A DNA stretch of 64,000 bases from Candidatus Latescibacterota bacterium (GTDB lineage Bacteria; Latescibacterota; UBA2968; UBA8231): assembly GCA_965200315.1 (NCBI GenBank), contig OZ241362.1, forward strand, positions 2,528,001-2,592,000, in the 5' to 3' direction. Under the pieces are notes generated by a model, which was given only the letters and a program-made list of their open reading frames with translations, did no database searches and was not told the DNA's origin. The translations under genes and the position numbers were made by a program. Within the stretch, counting starts at the first letter, position 1. The number at the start of each line of letters is the position of its first letter. This document shows positions 41,148-50,656 of the stretch, in pieces.

Positions 41148-41376
41148 CTTTATATGTACATAATGATGCACAATCAAGATGTTTACCCTGCAACCTTTGA
41201 GCCGTAAGCCCCCTGCTTCCGGCTCGGCGGCGCTAGCGCCTGTTGCGCTGCCGCTGAGCATCAACGAAGCGCATCGCATTTCTTTGCATAGGTTTCCCCT
41301 GTCGCCTATCTTGTCGGCTATAGGTCCCCTACTTCCCCGACACTCTATCCGTTGGCCGGGCTGTGGAGTAAAACCC

Positions 41377-42942
41377 ATGTTAAAGGTGAAAACCGAAGCG
41401 GGACAGACGGCCAAGCGCAAACTGCCCATCGGCATTCAGACCTTTCGCAAAATCCGCGAGGACCCCTGCTACTACGTCGATAAGACCGCCTACATAGCGC
41501 GGTTAGTCGCCGAGGGCACCCACTACTTTCTGTCGCGCCCGCGTCGCTTTGGCAAGAGCCTGTTTCTCGATACGATCAAGGAACTGTTCGAGGGCAACGA
41601 GCCTTTGTTTAAGGGGCTGGCCATTTACGACCAGTGGGATTGGTCGGTGCGCCATCCGGTGCTGCGGCTGAGCTTTGGCAGCGGCAATTTCAAGGAGCCG
41701 GGCAATCTGCACAAGGAGACGATGGCCCAATTGGGTGCCATAGAGAAAGTTGACGGCTGCGACACTGCACCGGCTTACTTTCGGCATTTGCTTAGGACGC
41801 TGCATCAACGGACCGGGCAGCCAGTAGCGGTGCTAGTCGACGAGTACGACAAGCCGATTCTCGACGCGCTGGAGGCGCCAGAAGTCGCCCGCGCCAACCT
41901 CGACTACTTGCGCGGATTGTACGCGACCATTAAGGATAGCGACGCGCACATCGCGTTTACCTTCCTCACTGGGGTAAGCAAATTCTCCAAAGTCAGCTTG
42001 TTCTCCGGCCTCAACAACCTCATTGACCTCACCTTGGACCCGCACTACTCCGCTATCTGCGGCTATACCGAGGCAGACTTGGACGCGGTGTTCGCCCCAG
42101 AGTTGCCCGGCTTGGACCGCGACGCCATCCGCGCTTGGTACAACGGCTACAACTGGTTGGGCGAAGAGGCCGTGTACAACCCATTTGATGTCCTGCTGCT
42201 GTTTCGACGACGCGCCTTTGCCGCCTACTGGTTTGAGACAGGTACGCCGACGTTTCTGCTCGAGACGTTGGTGGCACGCGGCGTCAGTGCCCTCGCCTTA
42301 GACGACATGCTCGGCAGCGACGAATTGTTGTCGGCCTTTGACGTGGATCACATTGCGACCGAGGCGCTGCTGTTCCAGACCGGCTATCTGACCATCCGCC
42401 GCACCGAGCTACGCGGCGGGGAGTTATACTACCGGCTGGGCTACCCCAACCGCGAGGTGCAGCAAAGCCTGAACAAGAGCCTGCTGAATCACCTGACGGG
42501 CAACCCCTCGCGCCAAGTTGAGCACAACGCCCGGCTGTACGACCTGCTGCTAGTCAACGACTTCGACAGCTTGAAAACGCTGTTCGAGGCGTTTTTTGCC
42601 AGCATTCCGTATCAGTGGCATACCAACAACGAGATCGCCAACTACGAGGGCTATTACGCCAGCGTGTTCTATTCCTACTTTGCGTCGCTGGGGCTGGCCA
42701 TCACCGTGGAGGACAGCAGCCGAGCGGGTCGCTTGGACATGGCGGTCCTGTTCAATGGAAATGTGTACCTGTTTGAGTTCAAGGTAGTGAGACAGATGTC
42801 CAAGGGGGCGGCACTGCAGCAGCTAAAGGCGCGGGATTACGCGGCCAAGTATCGCGGACGAGGCGAGCCGATTTACCTGATCGGAGTGGAGTTCAGTCGC
42901 AAGAGTCGCACCTTGGCGGCTTTTGAGGTCGAGCGCGTATGA
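41377..42942 (+). CDS. AAA-ATPase-like + PD-(D/E)XK nuclease protein (copy 1)
   Basis: LPIGIQTF, YYVDKT, LSRPRRFGKSL, VDEYDKP, YEGYY, GRLDM..FEFK. Confidence 0.92.
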   Translation: MLKVKTEAGQTAKRKLPIGIQTFRKIREDPCYYVDKTAYIARLVAEGTHYFLSRPRRFGKSLFLDTIKELFEGNEPLFKGLAIYDQWDWSVRHPVLRLSFGSGNFKEPGNLHKETMAQLGAIEKVDGCDTAPAYFRHLLRTLHQRTGQPVAVLVDEYDKPILDALEAPEVARANLDYLRGLYATIKDSDAHIAFTFLTGVSKFSKVSLFSGLNNLIDLTLDPHYSAICGYTEADLDAVFAPELPGLDRDAIRAWYNGYNWLGEEAVYNPFDVLLLFRRRAFAAYWFETGTPTFLLETLVARGVSALALDDMLGSDELLSAFDVDHIATEALLFQTGYLTIRRTELRGGELYYRLGYPNREVQQSLNKSLLNHLTGNPSRQVEHNARLYDLLLVNDFDSLKTLFEAFFASIPYQWHTNNEIANYEGYYASVFYSYFASLGLAITVEDSSRAGRLDMAVLFNGNVYLFEFKVVRQMSKGAALQQLKARDYAAKYRGRGEPIYLIGVEFSRKSRTLAAFEVERV

Positions 42943-43006
42943 GCATCAGTCCCATAATCCCCTAGTACGCTAACTATTCCGTTGGCCGGGATGTGGAGTA
43001 AGCCCC

Positions 43007-44569
43007 ATGCTACAAGGACAGACGACCAAGCGCAAACTACCCATCGGCATTCAGACCTTCCGCGAGATTCGCCAAGACAATTGCTACTACGTCGATAAGA
43101 CCGCCTACATAAGGCGGTTGGTCGCCGAGGGCAAACACTACTTTCTGTCGCGCCCGCGTCGCTTTGGCAAGAGCCTGTTTCTCGATACGATCAAGGAACT
43201 GTTCGAGGGCAACGAGCCTTTGTTTAAGGGGCTGGCCATTCACGATGGGTGGGATTGGGCGGTGCGCCATCCCGTGCTGCGGCTTGACTTCAGCAGCGGC
43301 AACTTCAAGGAGCCAAGCTACCTGCACAAGGATGTGATGGCCCAGCTAGACGCTATGGAGAGCGAGGCGGCGGTCACTGCCAGCTACGACACCTCACCAG
43401 CCCGCTTGCGACATTTGATGAAGGCACTGCATCAGCGTACCGGCCAGCGGGTGGCCATGCTAATTGACGAGTACGACAAGCCGATTCTCGACGCGCTGGA
43501 GGCGCCAGAAGTCGCCCGCGCCAACCGCGACTACTTGCGCGGGCTGTATGCGACCATCAAGTTCGGCGACGCGCACATCGCGTTTACTTTCCTCACCGGC
43601 GTGAGCAAGTTTTCCAAAGTCAGCTTGTTCTCCGGCCTCAACAACCTCATTGACCTCACCTTAGAGCCGAGCTATTCTGCCATTTGCGGCTACACCGAGG
43701 CAGACTTGGACGCGGTGTTCGCCCCAGAGTTGCCCGGCTTGGACCGCGACGCCATCCGCGCTTGGTACAACGGCTACAACTGGTTGGGCGAAGAGGCCGT
43801 GTACAACCCATTTGATGTCCTGCTGCTGTTTCGACGACGCGCCTTTGCCGCCTACTGGTTTGAGACAGGTACGCCGACGTTTCTGCTCGAGACGTTGGTG
43901 GCACGCGGCGTCAGCGCCCTCGCCTTAGACGACATGCTCGGCAGCGACGAATTGCTGTCGGCGTTTGACGTGGATCACATTGCGACCGAGGCGCTACTGT
44001 TCCAGACCGGCTATCTGACCATTCGCCGCATTGAGTCGCGCGGCGGGGAGCTATACTACCGGCTGGGCTACCCCAACCGCGAGGTGCAGCAAAGCCTGAA
44101 CAAGAGCCTGCTGAATCACCTGACGGGCAACCCCTCGCGCCAAGTTGAGCACAACGCCCGGCTGTACGACCTGCTGCTGGTCAACGACTTCGACAGCTTG
44201 AAAACGCTGTTCGAGGCGTTTTTTGCCAGCATTCCGTATCAGTGGCATACCAACAACGAGATCGCCAACTACGAGGGCTATTACGCCAGCGTGTTCTATT
44301 CCTACTTCGCGTCGCTGGGGCTGGCCATCACCGTGGAGGACAGCAGCCGAGCGGGTCGCTTGGACATGGCGGTCCTGTTCAATGAGAATGTATACCTGTT
44401 TGAGCTCAAGGTAGTGGAACAAGCGTCGGCGGGGGCGGCCATCAAGCAGTTGAAGGAGCGCGACTACGCAGCCAAGTATCGCGGGCGAGCCGAGCCGATT
44501 TACCTAATCGGAGTGGAGTTCAGTCGCAAGAGTCGCACCTTGGCGGCTTTTGAGGTCGAGCGCGTATGA
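43007..44569 (+). CDS. AAA-ATPase-like + PD-(D/E)XK nuclease protein (copy 2)
   Basis: Tandem paralog with the same motifs. Confidence 0.92.
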   Translation: MLQGQTTKRKLPIGIQTFREIRQDNCYYVDKTAYIRRLVAEGKHYFLSRPRRFGKSLFLDTIKELFEGNEPLFKGLAIHDGWDWAVRHPVLRLDFSSGNFKEPSYLHKDVMAQLDAMESEAAVTASYDTSPARLRHLMKALHQRTGQRVAMLIDEYDKPILDALEAPEVARANRDYLRGLYATIKFGDAHIAFTFLTGVSKFSKVSLFSGLNNLIDLTLEPSYSAICGYTEADLDAVFAPELPGLDRDAIRAWYNGYNWLGEEAVYNPFDVLLLFRRRAFAAYWFETGTPTFLLETLVARGVSALALDDMLGSDELLSAFDVDHIATEALLFQTGYLTIRRIESRGGELYYRLGYPNREVQQSLNKSLLNHLTGNPSRQVEHNARLYDLLLVNDFDSLKTLFEAFFASIPYQWHTNNEIANYEGYYASVFYSYFASLGLAITVEDSSRAGRLDMAVLFNENVYLFELKVVEQASAGAAIKQLKERDYAAKYRGRAEPIYLIGVEFSRKSRTLAAFEVERV

Positions 44570-44623
44570 ATGTCGGATAGCACCTGTTGCACTGCCGCCG
44601 CTAAAAACCTATCGTAGCCAACC

Positions 44624-45637
44624 ATGTCCAACACACCTACCATCCAAACCACAACCGTCGGCTCCTACCCCGTCCCAGACTGGCTTCAAGCCCTGCCCTC
44701 CGAGCAGGCCCTCGTCGATGCCACTCGCGTGGTGTTCGACACCCAGTGCCAAGCCGGCATCGACCTGCCCACCGACGGCGAGCTATACCGCTTCGACATC
44801 AACCACCCAGACACCAACGGCATGATCGAGTACTTCGTCCGGCCCATGGGCGGCACCCGCACGGAATTTGGCCGGCGCGAGCGAGAGGAGTTCGCTGCCA
44901 GACAAAGCATGGGCTTCCGCGCCAAGCCCGCGGCCGTGGTCGAAGCCGAACTCGGCGCGGGTAGCCTCGACCTGCTCGCCGACTGCACCCGCACCGCCGC
45001 CGTGGCCGGTGGCCCCTTCAAGTTTACCCTGACCAGCCCCTACATGCTGGCCCGCACCCTCCTCGATCATCACTACGGCGACTTTGAGACCCTACTGATG
45101 GCCGTTGCCCACGTCCTCGCCGACCAAGTCCGCGGCCTGCCCTGCACCTGCGTCCAAATCGACGAGGCCAACATCCCCGGCAACCCAGCCGACGGCCCCC
45201 TCGCGGCCCGCGCCATCAACGCCGTGCTCGACGGCATCGACGCGGATACCCAAAAGGCCGTCCACTTCTGCTTTGGCAACTACGGCGGCCAGACCATCCA
45301 GCAGGGCGAGTGGCGCACCCTGCTCGACTTTCTCAACGAGCTGTACGCCGATCACTTGGTGCTCGAACTCGCCCACCGCCCAGCGAGCGACCTAAGCGCC
45401 CTGCAACAAATCGACCCGCGCATCGGCATCGGCATTGGCGTGATCGACATCAAAGTCAACCACATCGAGACCGCCGAAGAGATCGCTCGCCGCATAGAAG
45501 CCGCCGTTGTCGCCGCCGGGCCCGACCGCATCCGCTTCATCCACCCAGACTGCGGCTTTTGGATGCTCAAACGCTCCATCGCCGACCGCAAGATCGCAGC
45601 ACTGGCCGAAGGGCGGGATTTGTACTTGGGGACTTAA
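44624..45637 (+). CDS. cobalamin-independent methionine synthase II family protein
   Basis: TTTVGSYP, PTDGE, VQIDE, HFCFGN, HPDCG. Confidence 0.85.
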   Translation: MSNTPTIQTTTVGSYPVPDWLQALPSEQALVDATRVVFDTQCQAGIDLPTDGELYRFDINHPDTNGMIEYFVRPMGGTRTEFGRREREEFAARQSMGFRAKPAAVVEAELGAGSLDLLADCTRTAAVAGGPFKFTLTSPYMLARTLLDHHYGDFETLLMAVAHVLADQVRGLPCTCVQIDEANIPGNPADGPLAARAINAVLDGIDADTQKAVHFCFGNYGGQTIQQGEWRTLLDFLNELYADHLVLELAHRPASDLSALQQIDPRIGIGIGVIDIKVNHIETAEEIARRIEAAVVAAGPDRIRFIHPDCGFWMLKRSIADRKIAALAEGRDLYLGT

Positions 45638-45661
45638 GTAGGAATTACTCGGGGCCAATTC

Positions 45662-46015
45662 TCAGGCCCAACTCAACGCGCCAGAATCTCCCAGTCCGTA
45701 GTCTGCAGAATATCGCGCCGATGGGCTTCCTTCAGTTCCAGATCGTAGCGGCCCATTGGATTGCAGTCGTCGCGCAGCATGATGGCCGGCACCCCCTCGT
45801 CGCAGGAAAACTGCCTGACAGGTGGAGATTCCCTCTTGGGCAAAAGGGTGGATCATCTCGCCAGCGAATGGGTCCGACGGAAAAGTCGCCTTGTCGCCGA
45901 AGTAAGCCAACACCACGACGTCCCCCCACTCGCTTTCGTCCAGATCGACAGCACACTGAAATTTCGTATCGCTATGAGCAAAAGTACCGTCGCTAAATGC
46001 GTCTGGATAACTCAA
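45662..46015 (-). pseudogene. degraded gene fragment of unknown family
   Basis: Protein-like sequence that appears to change frame near 45825; no clear start. Confidence 0.3.
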
Positions 46016-46021
46016 CAGCTT

Positions 46022-46756
46022 CTAAGGGCTAGTGCGGCGCATAATACTGAGGAGCTGGCCGGTCATGCCACTGGCCGGGGGTTGTGCGGCGAGGAAAAGC
46101 GCCGCGGCAACGACCTGTTCTGGTTCCTTCCACGGGTCGCTTGCAGCGCGAAAGCTGCTCGCCTTCTGCCAAGAAGGTTTTGACAGTTCCGTCTTAACCG
46201 GGCCGGGTATGAGAACGTTGGCGATGATGCCCTCGCTCCACACTTCTTCTGCAATGGCTTGGGTCAACCCGTGCAAGGCCGCTTTGGACGCGCAATAGAC
46301 GCTCAGCTCCGCGTGGCCGACCTGGCCCATGCCGGAGCCGACGTTGATGATGTTCCCGCTGCCCTGCCGCTGCATAATGGGCAATACCGCGCGGCAACAG
46401 CGGACGACAGCCATGACGTTAATTTGCCACGCCTGCTCCCACTCTTTATCCGTCGCGTCTAAAAACAGTCCGCGCGGATTGATGCCGGCGTTGTTGACGA
46501 GAATATCGATCCGACCGAACCGCTCTACTGTTTTCTGCACGAGGCGTTCCACCGCTGCGCTCACCCGCAGATCGGTCGGCACAGCTAAGGCTTCACCGCC
46601 CTGCGCGGCAATCGCCGCGGCGACTTCGTCGAGCTGTGCCGTGCTGCGCGCAGCCATGGCAACCTGCGCACCCTCGGCAGCGTAGCCCATAGCGATAGCG
46701 CGGCCAATGCCGCGACCCCCGCCCGTGATGAGGGCGACTTTGTCTTTGAGCTGCAT
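46022..46756 (-). CDS. short-chain dehydrogenase/reductase
   Basis: TGGGRGIG, NNAG, YCASK. Confidence 0.93.
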   Translation of the reverse strand: MQLKDKVALITGGGRGIGRAIAMGYAAEGAQVAMAARSTAQLDEVAAAIAAQGGEALAVPTDLRVSAAVERLVQKTVERFGRIDILVNNAGINPRGLFLDATDKEWEQAWQINVMAVVRCCRAVLPIMQRQGSGNIINVGSGMGQVGHAELSVYCASKAALHGLTQAIAEEVWSEGIIANVLIPGPVKTELSKPSWQKASSFRAASDPWKEPEQVVAAALFLAAQPPASGMTGQLLSIMRRTSP

Positions 46757-46763
46757 AGTTGAA

Positions 46764-47735
46764 CTATCCGCGCAAGTAGCCGGCGACCTCTTTAGCGAAA
46801 TAAGTCAAGATCATATCCGCGCCGGCCCGCTTGATCCCTGTCAACACCTCCATAATGGCCTGCTCGCGCTGGACCCACCCCCGCTCCACAGCCGCCACAA
46901 TCATCCCGTACTCGCCGGATACATTGTACGCGGCAATCGGCACGTCAAAGGCTTGGCGGGCCGCGGCGATTACGTCGAGATAGGCCAGCGCCGGCTTGAC
47001 CATCACCACATCGGCCCCTTCCTCAATGTCGAGCGCGATCTCCACAAGTGCCTCGCGGCCATTGGCCGGGTCCATCTGATAGGTCTTCTTGTCGCCCTTC
47101 TTGGGTGCCGACTGGAGCGCGCAGCGGAACGGGCCGTAAAAGCACGAGGCGTATTTAGCCGAATACGCCAAGATGCCGACGTTTTTATAACCAGCCGCGT
47201 CGAGTGCCCGGCGGATGCCCCCGACCCGGCCGTCCATCATGTCTGAGGGCGCGACCCAATCGACGCCGGCTTCGGCGTGCGACAGGGCCATCTTGCACAG
47301 CACCTCTATGGTCTCGTCGTTTACTACCTCGCCATCGACGACCAAACCGTCGTGGCCGTGGTGGGTGTAGGGGTCGAGGGCCACATCGGTCTGCACGCAG
47401 AGTTCGGGCACCGCGGCCTTGAGGCTGCGGATCGCTCGTTGGATCAGGCCCTGCGGGTCGTAGGACTGGGTCGCCTGATCGTCTTTTTCGTTCGAGTAGC
47501 CGAAGATATTGACCGCCGGGATGCCCAACGCCCCCAGCTCGCGGCACTCATCGACTAGCTCGTCAACCGAGAAGCGATATTGGCCGGGCATGTCGTCGAT
47601 GGGTGCGCGCGTTTTTTCGCCTTCGGTGACAAACAGCGGGCAGATCAGGTCATCGACTCGCAAGTGGGTCTCGCGCACCAAGCTGCGCACGGCTTCTGAG
47701 CGCCTGAGTCGTCGGGGCCTCTTGGTCAATTCCAC
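46764..47735 (-). CDS. hemB: porphobilinogen synthase (Asp-type metal site)
   Basis: RPRRLR, DVALDPYTHHGHDG, APSDMMDG, YQMDPAN, MVKP. Confidence 0.97.
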   Translation of the reverse strand: MELTKRPRRLRRSEAVRSLVRETHLRVDDLICPLFVTEGEKTRAPIDDMPGQYRFSVDELVDECRELGALGIPAVNIFGYSNEKDDQATQSYDPQGLIQRAIRSLKAAVPELCVQTDVALDPYTHHGHDGLVVDGEVVNDETIEVLCKMALSHAEAGVDWVAPSDMMDGRVGGIRRALDAAGYKNVGILAYSAKYASCFYGPFRCALQSAPKKGDKKTYQMDPANGREALVEIALDIEEGADVVMVKPALAYLDVIAAARQAFDVPIAAYNVSGEYGMIVAAVERGWVQREQAIMEVLTGIKRAGADMILTYFAKEVAGYLRG

Positions 47736-47797
47736 GGCAATCTCCTAGTCAAATTTCTCTTCAAGCAGACGGGATAGATCGGGGTTATCACACAGAC

Positions 47798-47892
47798 TCA
47801 GTACGCGACACTGCGGTCTTAGCTGGGACCCGCGTGGACGGGTCAGGGACTGCGGAGAAAACGCGTCCGCAGAGTGGGGGTCGTGTACTGAG
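47798..47892. ncRNA. candidate structured RNA upstream of hemB (unassigned)
   Basis: 13-bp closing stem CTCAGTACGCGAC/GTCGTGTACTGAG enclosing two hairpins. Confidence 0.4.
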
Positions 47893-48038
47893 CACGCAGA
47901 TTAATGTCAAAAAATGGCCTAGCGGAAGCAATCTAGTCGCGGGGTTTCAGAGAAAGGGGGCCAAGGTCTTCATCCGCTTCCCAGACTAGGCACAACGTCG
48001 ATTCAGCGGACGAAAAATCCATCGCCGATCAACCGCGC

Positions 48039-49334
48039 TCACAGATAAAGCTTCAGCAACTCGTCCTCTGTCTTTTCGCACCATGCTCGCAGGCGATGGC
48101 GATGATCGTCGAGCACATCCTTGAACCGCACGTTGACGGCGAGGTTGACCATTTCGCCCGGATCTGTTTGCAGATCGACGAGCTGTTCGCGGTAGCGACC
48201 CATGGGATAGGCGCTGTATTTGTAGCGGTCAGTGAGCACGGCGCACGAAGCACCGCTACCGCCTGGTCCCATGCCAATGTCCATGATGGTTGCAACGACG
48301 AGTTCCCTGCGCCAATCGTCGGGCGCGTTGCCCTCGGCAAGCGGTCGCAAGCTCAGCCCTTCGAGGCCATCGGGAACGCTCGCACCGCCAACATCGCATA
48401 GTGTGGGCAGCAAGTCGAGACCGAGGGAGACCAGATGGGTATTATCAACGCCACCAGCTCGCGTGCTCCCTTTGTGACTGATGATAAACGGAACGTTGAT
48501 GACTTCCTCGTAGAGGCTGGTTTTTTGATTCCAGTTGTGTGCGCCGTGTCCGTCGCCGTGGTCGGAGGTGAAGATGATATAGGTCTCTTCTTCGAGGCCG
48601 AGGTCGCGCAGGCCACTGAGCAGCACACCGATTTCAGCATCAACTTTTTCGCACAGGCGATAGTAGTAAAATCGCAGCCGTCGCCAGTCGTCTTCTGTGT
48701 ATTCGGTGGTGGGATAGACTCGGCGGTTAGCCTGCCGCAGCATCTGCAGGATGTCGGGTGAATAAGGTGGGATGGCGAAGTTTGCGGGCAGATTTGGGCA
48801 TTCTTCTACCGTGGCCGGTTCCGGCACCGGGCCTTGCGGCAGGGGCTGATTGCGGGCGACTTGGCAGATGTCGTGGGGGTTGAGGAAGGACGCGAAAAGG
48901 AAGAAGGGATTGTCGCGGTCGCGCTGCATGAATTCGATGGAGCGCAGCGGCACCTCGTCGTCGCGACTGCCGCAGATGACTTCGAGCCCGCTTTCTTCGG
49001 GCGTGGTGCCGGGGACGTGCCATTTGCCAGAAAGGGCGCAATCGTACCCCGCGTCGGCGAGGAAGTTGCCGAGCGTTCGGCCTCTGTATCCGGGCTTGAT
49101 GGGTGTGTTGTTGCTGATCGCGCCATTTTGATGGGGAAAAAGACCAGTCATAAAGCTGGCGCGCTGGGGGCCACACAAGGGATGCGTACAATAGGCGCGA
49201 GTGAACCGTACCCCTGTTTCGGCGAGGCTGTCCATATTGGGAGTGTACACGTCGGGGTTGCCGGCGCAGGACATGGCCCCGGCGTATTGCTGGTCCGTGA
49301 TGATGAAGAGAACATTGGGACGGCGTTTTGGCAT
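48039..49334 (-). CDS. sulfatase (formylglycine-dependent)
   Basis: PNVLFIITDQ, CGPQRAS (CxPxR), GKWH, TSDHGD; AAGGAG RBS. Confidence 0.93.
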   Translation of the reverse strand: MPKRRPNVLFIITDQQYAGAMSCAGNPDVYTPNMDSLAETGVRFTRAYCTHPLCGPQRASFMTGLFPHQNGAISNNTPIKPGYRGRTLGNFLADAGYDCALSGKWHVPGTTPEESGLEVICGSRDDEVPLRSIEFMQRDRDNPFFLFASFLNPHDICQVARNQPLPQGPVPEPATVEECPNLPANFAIPPYSPDILQMLRQANRRVYPTTEYTEDDWRRLRFYYYRLCEKVDAEIGVLLSGLRDLGLEEETYIIFTSDHGDGHGAHNWNQKTSLYEEVINVPFIISHKGSTRAGGVDNTHLVSLGLDLLPTLCDVGGASVPDGLEGLSLRPLAEGNAPDDWRRELVVATIMDIGMGPGGSGASCAVLTDRYKYSAYPMGRYREQLVDLQTDPGEMVNLAVNVRFKDVLDDHRHRLRAWCEKTEDELLKLYL

Positions 49335-49412
49335 ACTTGGTCCTTGCTCCTTTATAGGCTTCAGGCGGAAGGCGAAAAATACGAATGAGCAGATGGAACG
49401 TCCAACGCCGAA

Positions 49413-49440
49413 GTAACAAAACGCCCTCGGCATCGTTCTA
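49413..49440 (+). promoter_or_regulatory. ECF-sigma-type promoter
   Basis: GTAAC-N16-CGTT upstream of the anti-sigma-like gene. Confidence 0.55.
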
Positions 49441-49476
49441 TAAGCGTGTGCACACACCTGACATCATGGAGACGCA

Positions 49477-50505
49477 ATGCACTTAGAACAGGCGGTTGAA
49501 AAATTCGGGCCGCTGGTCATGTTTGAACACAAACTCATCGAATACCTCGACGGCGAACTGTCCGACGCCGAAAAGCGGGAAGTAGAGGAGTACCTACAGG
49601 CCCATCCCGAAGCCATCGAGCTCAAAGGCGATTTCTCCCTGCTGTGCGCGGCCGGAAAATCAATCCGCGAGTCCAATTTTCCTGCGGATTTGCTCTTGGA
49701 AGCCAACCGCAAGCTCGCCGCTCGCCTAGCCGATTCGCGTCAAGAGCATGTGGCTTCCGCTCCCGTCGCGTCTTACAATGGATCACCAGAGACCACCCCC
49801 AGCCAGACCTTGCAGTCGAACTGGCGGCGCCGGTTCCGGCCACCCGTACTCGCCGCCGTACTCGCTGCTCTAGCGATCCTCTTCATAGGTGCCGTCACTC
49901 AGAGGGCAGCTCTCGCTGATATTGCCAGCAGCTTACTACAGAGAATCGTGGTAACCTTCAACGACGAATCCCTGTCCGATAGCCAACAGCAGACGTTCGA
50001 CGAGCTTGTTGAGATTACGGAAACCGTAGATGAGAATGGCGAGCAGGTCGTCACCATCAACGTACCCACCGATCAAATCCTCCAAGAACTCGGAGACGAA
50101 GGCGGTGCCCTGAAAGTGAGGGTCATCGGCGAGCAAATCAGTGAAGCTGAAGTAGAAAGCACCAACGCCTTTCTCGATTCGTTTGAAACCGCACTTACAA
50201 CCGCGCTTCACCGTGATCATGATCATGACATAGATCGGGCTATTACGATCAGCGCAGTAGGGGTGCCTAATACGGTCTTTGAAGGAAACTCCGATTCAAC
50301 AAAGGAAGTAAAGGCTATTTTTCTCGGCGACATCACCAAGCTAAACCTCAATTCGCTAAACCTCGATTCGCTACAAACCGTGTCTGACTCACTAATCGCC
50401 GCAGGTGCCGCGAAGATCGTTTCTCCGTCTCCGGGCGTCATCGAGGACAAGAGCTGGGGCGACATCAAGAAAGCCACCGATTCCACCCCGGACGATTCTC
50501 CCTAA
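49477..50505 (+). CDS. anti-sigma-factor-like membrane protein with C-terminal SWGxIK motif
   Basis: LIEYLDGELSDAEKREVEEYL anti-sigma-like N-terminus; one TM helix; IEDKSWGDIKK tail. Confidence 0.7.
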   Translation: MHLEQAVEKFGPLVMFEHKLIEYLDGELSDAEKREVEEYLQAHPEAIELKGDFSLLCAAGKSIRESNFPADLLLEANRKLAARLADSRQEHVASAPVASYNGSPETTPSQTLQSNWRRRFRPPVLAAVLAALAILFIGAVTQRAALADIASSLLQRIVVTFNDESLSDSQQQTFDELVEITETVDENGEQVVTINVPTDQILQELGDEGGALKVRVIGEQISEAEVESTNAFLDSFETALTTALHRDHDHDIDRAITISAVGVPNTVFEGNSDSTKEVKAIFLGDITKLNLNSLNLDSLQTVSDSLIAAGAAKIVSPSPGVIEDKSWGDIKKATDSTPDDSP

Positions 50506-50545
50506 CCAAGCAGATCGCTCGGTTTTAAGCCGAGCCTTCAAAGAG

Positions 50546-50580
50546 AACGGGCCCTAGGTCGTCATCGACCGGGGCCCGTT
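50546..50580. terminator. hairpin between convergent genes
   Basis: AACGGGCCC..GGTCG / CGACC.GGGCCCGTT. Confidence 0.65.
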
Positions 50581-50656
50581 TGTCATCCTGTTTCCTGTAC
50601 GTCGATTCAGCGAACCAAGCACCCAAGGCGATTCCAGCGGATGGAATATCCATCGC

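Noticed and set aside
41179-41376. N-terminal extension of the AAA gene given in the ORF track
   Set aside because: The paralog alignment and GGAG RBS place the start at 41377.
47810-47880. HDV-like ribozyme (TCCACGC loop and GCTAAG on minus strand), SRP or 6S RNA
   Set aside because: P3 pairing is imperfect and the GG needed for P1.1/P4 is missing; the SRP GGAA-loop motif and the 6S length/central bubble are absent.
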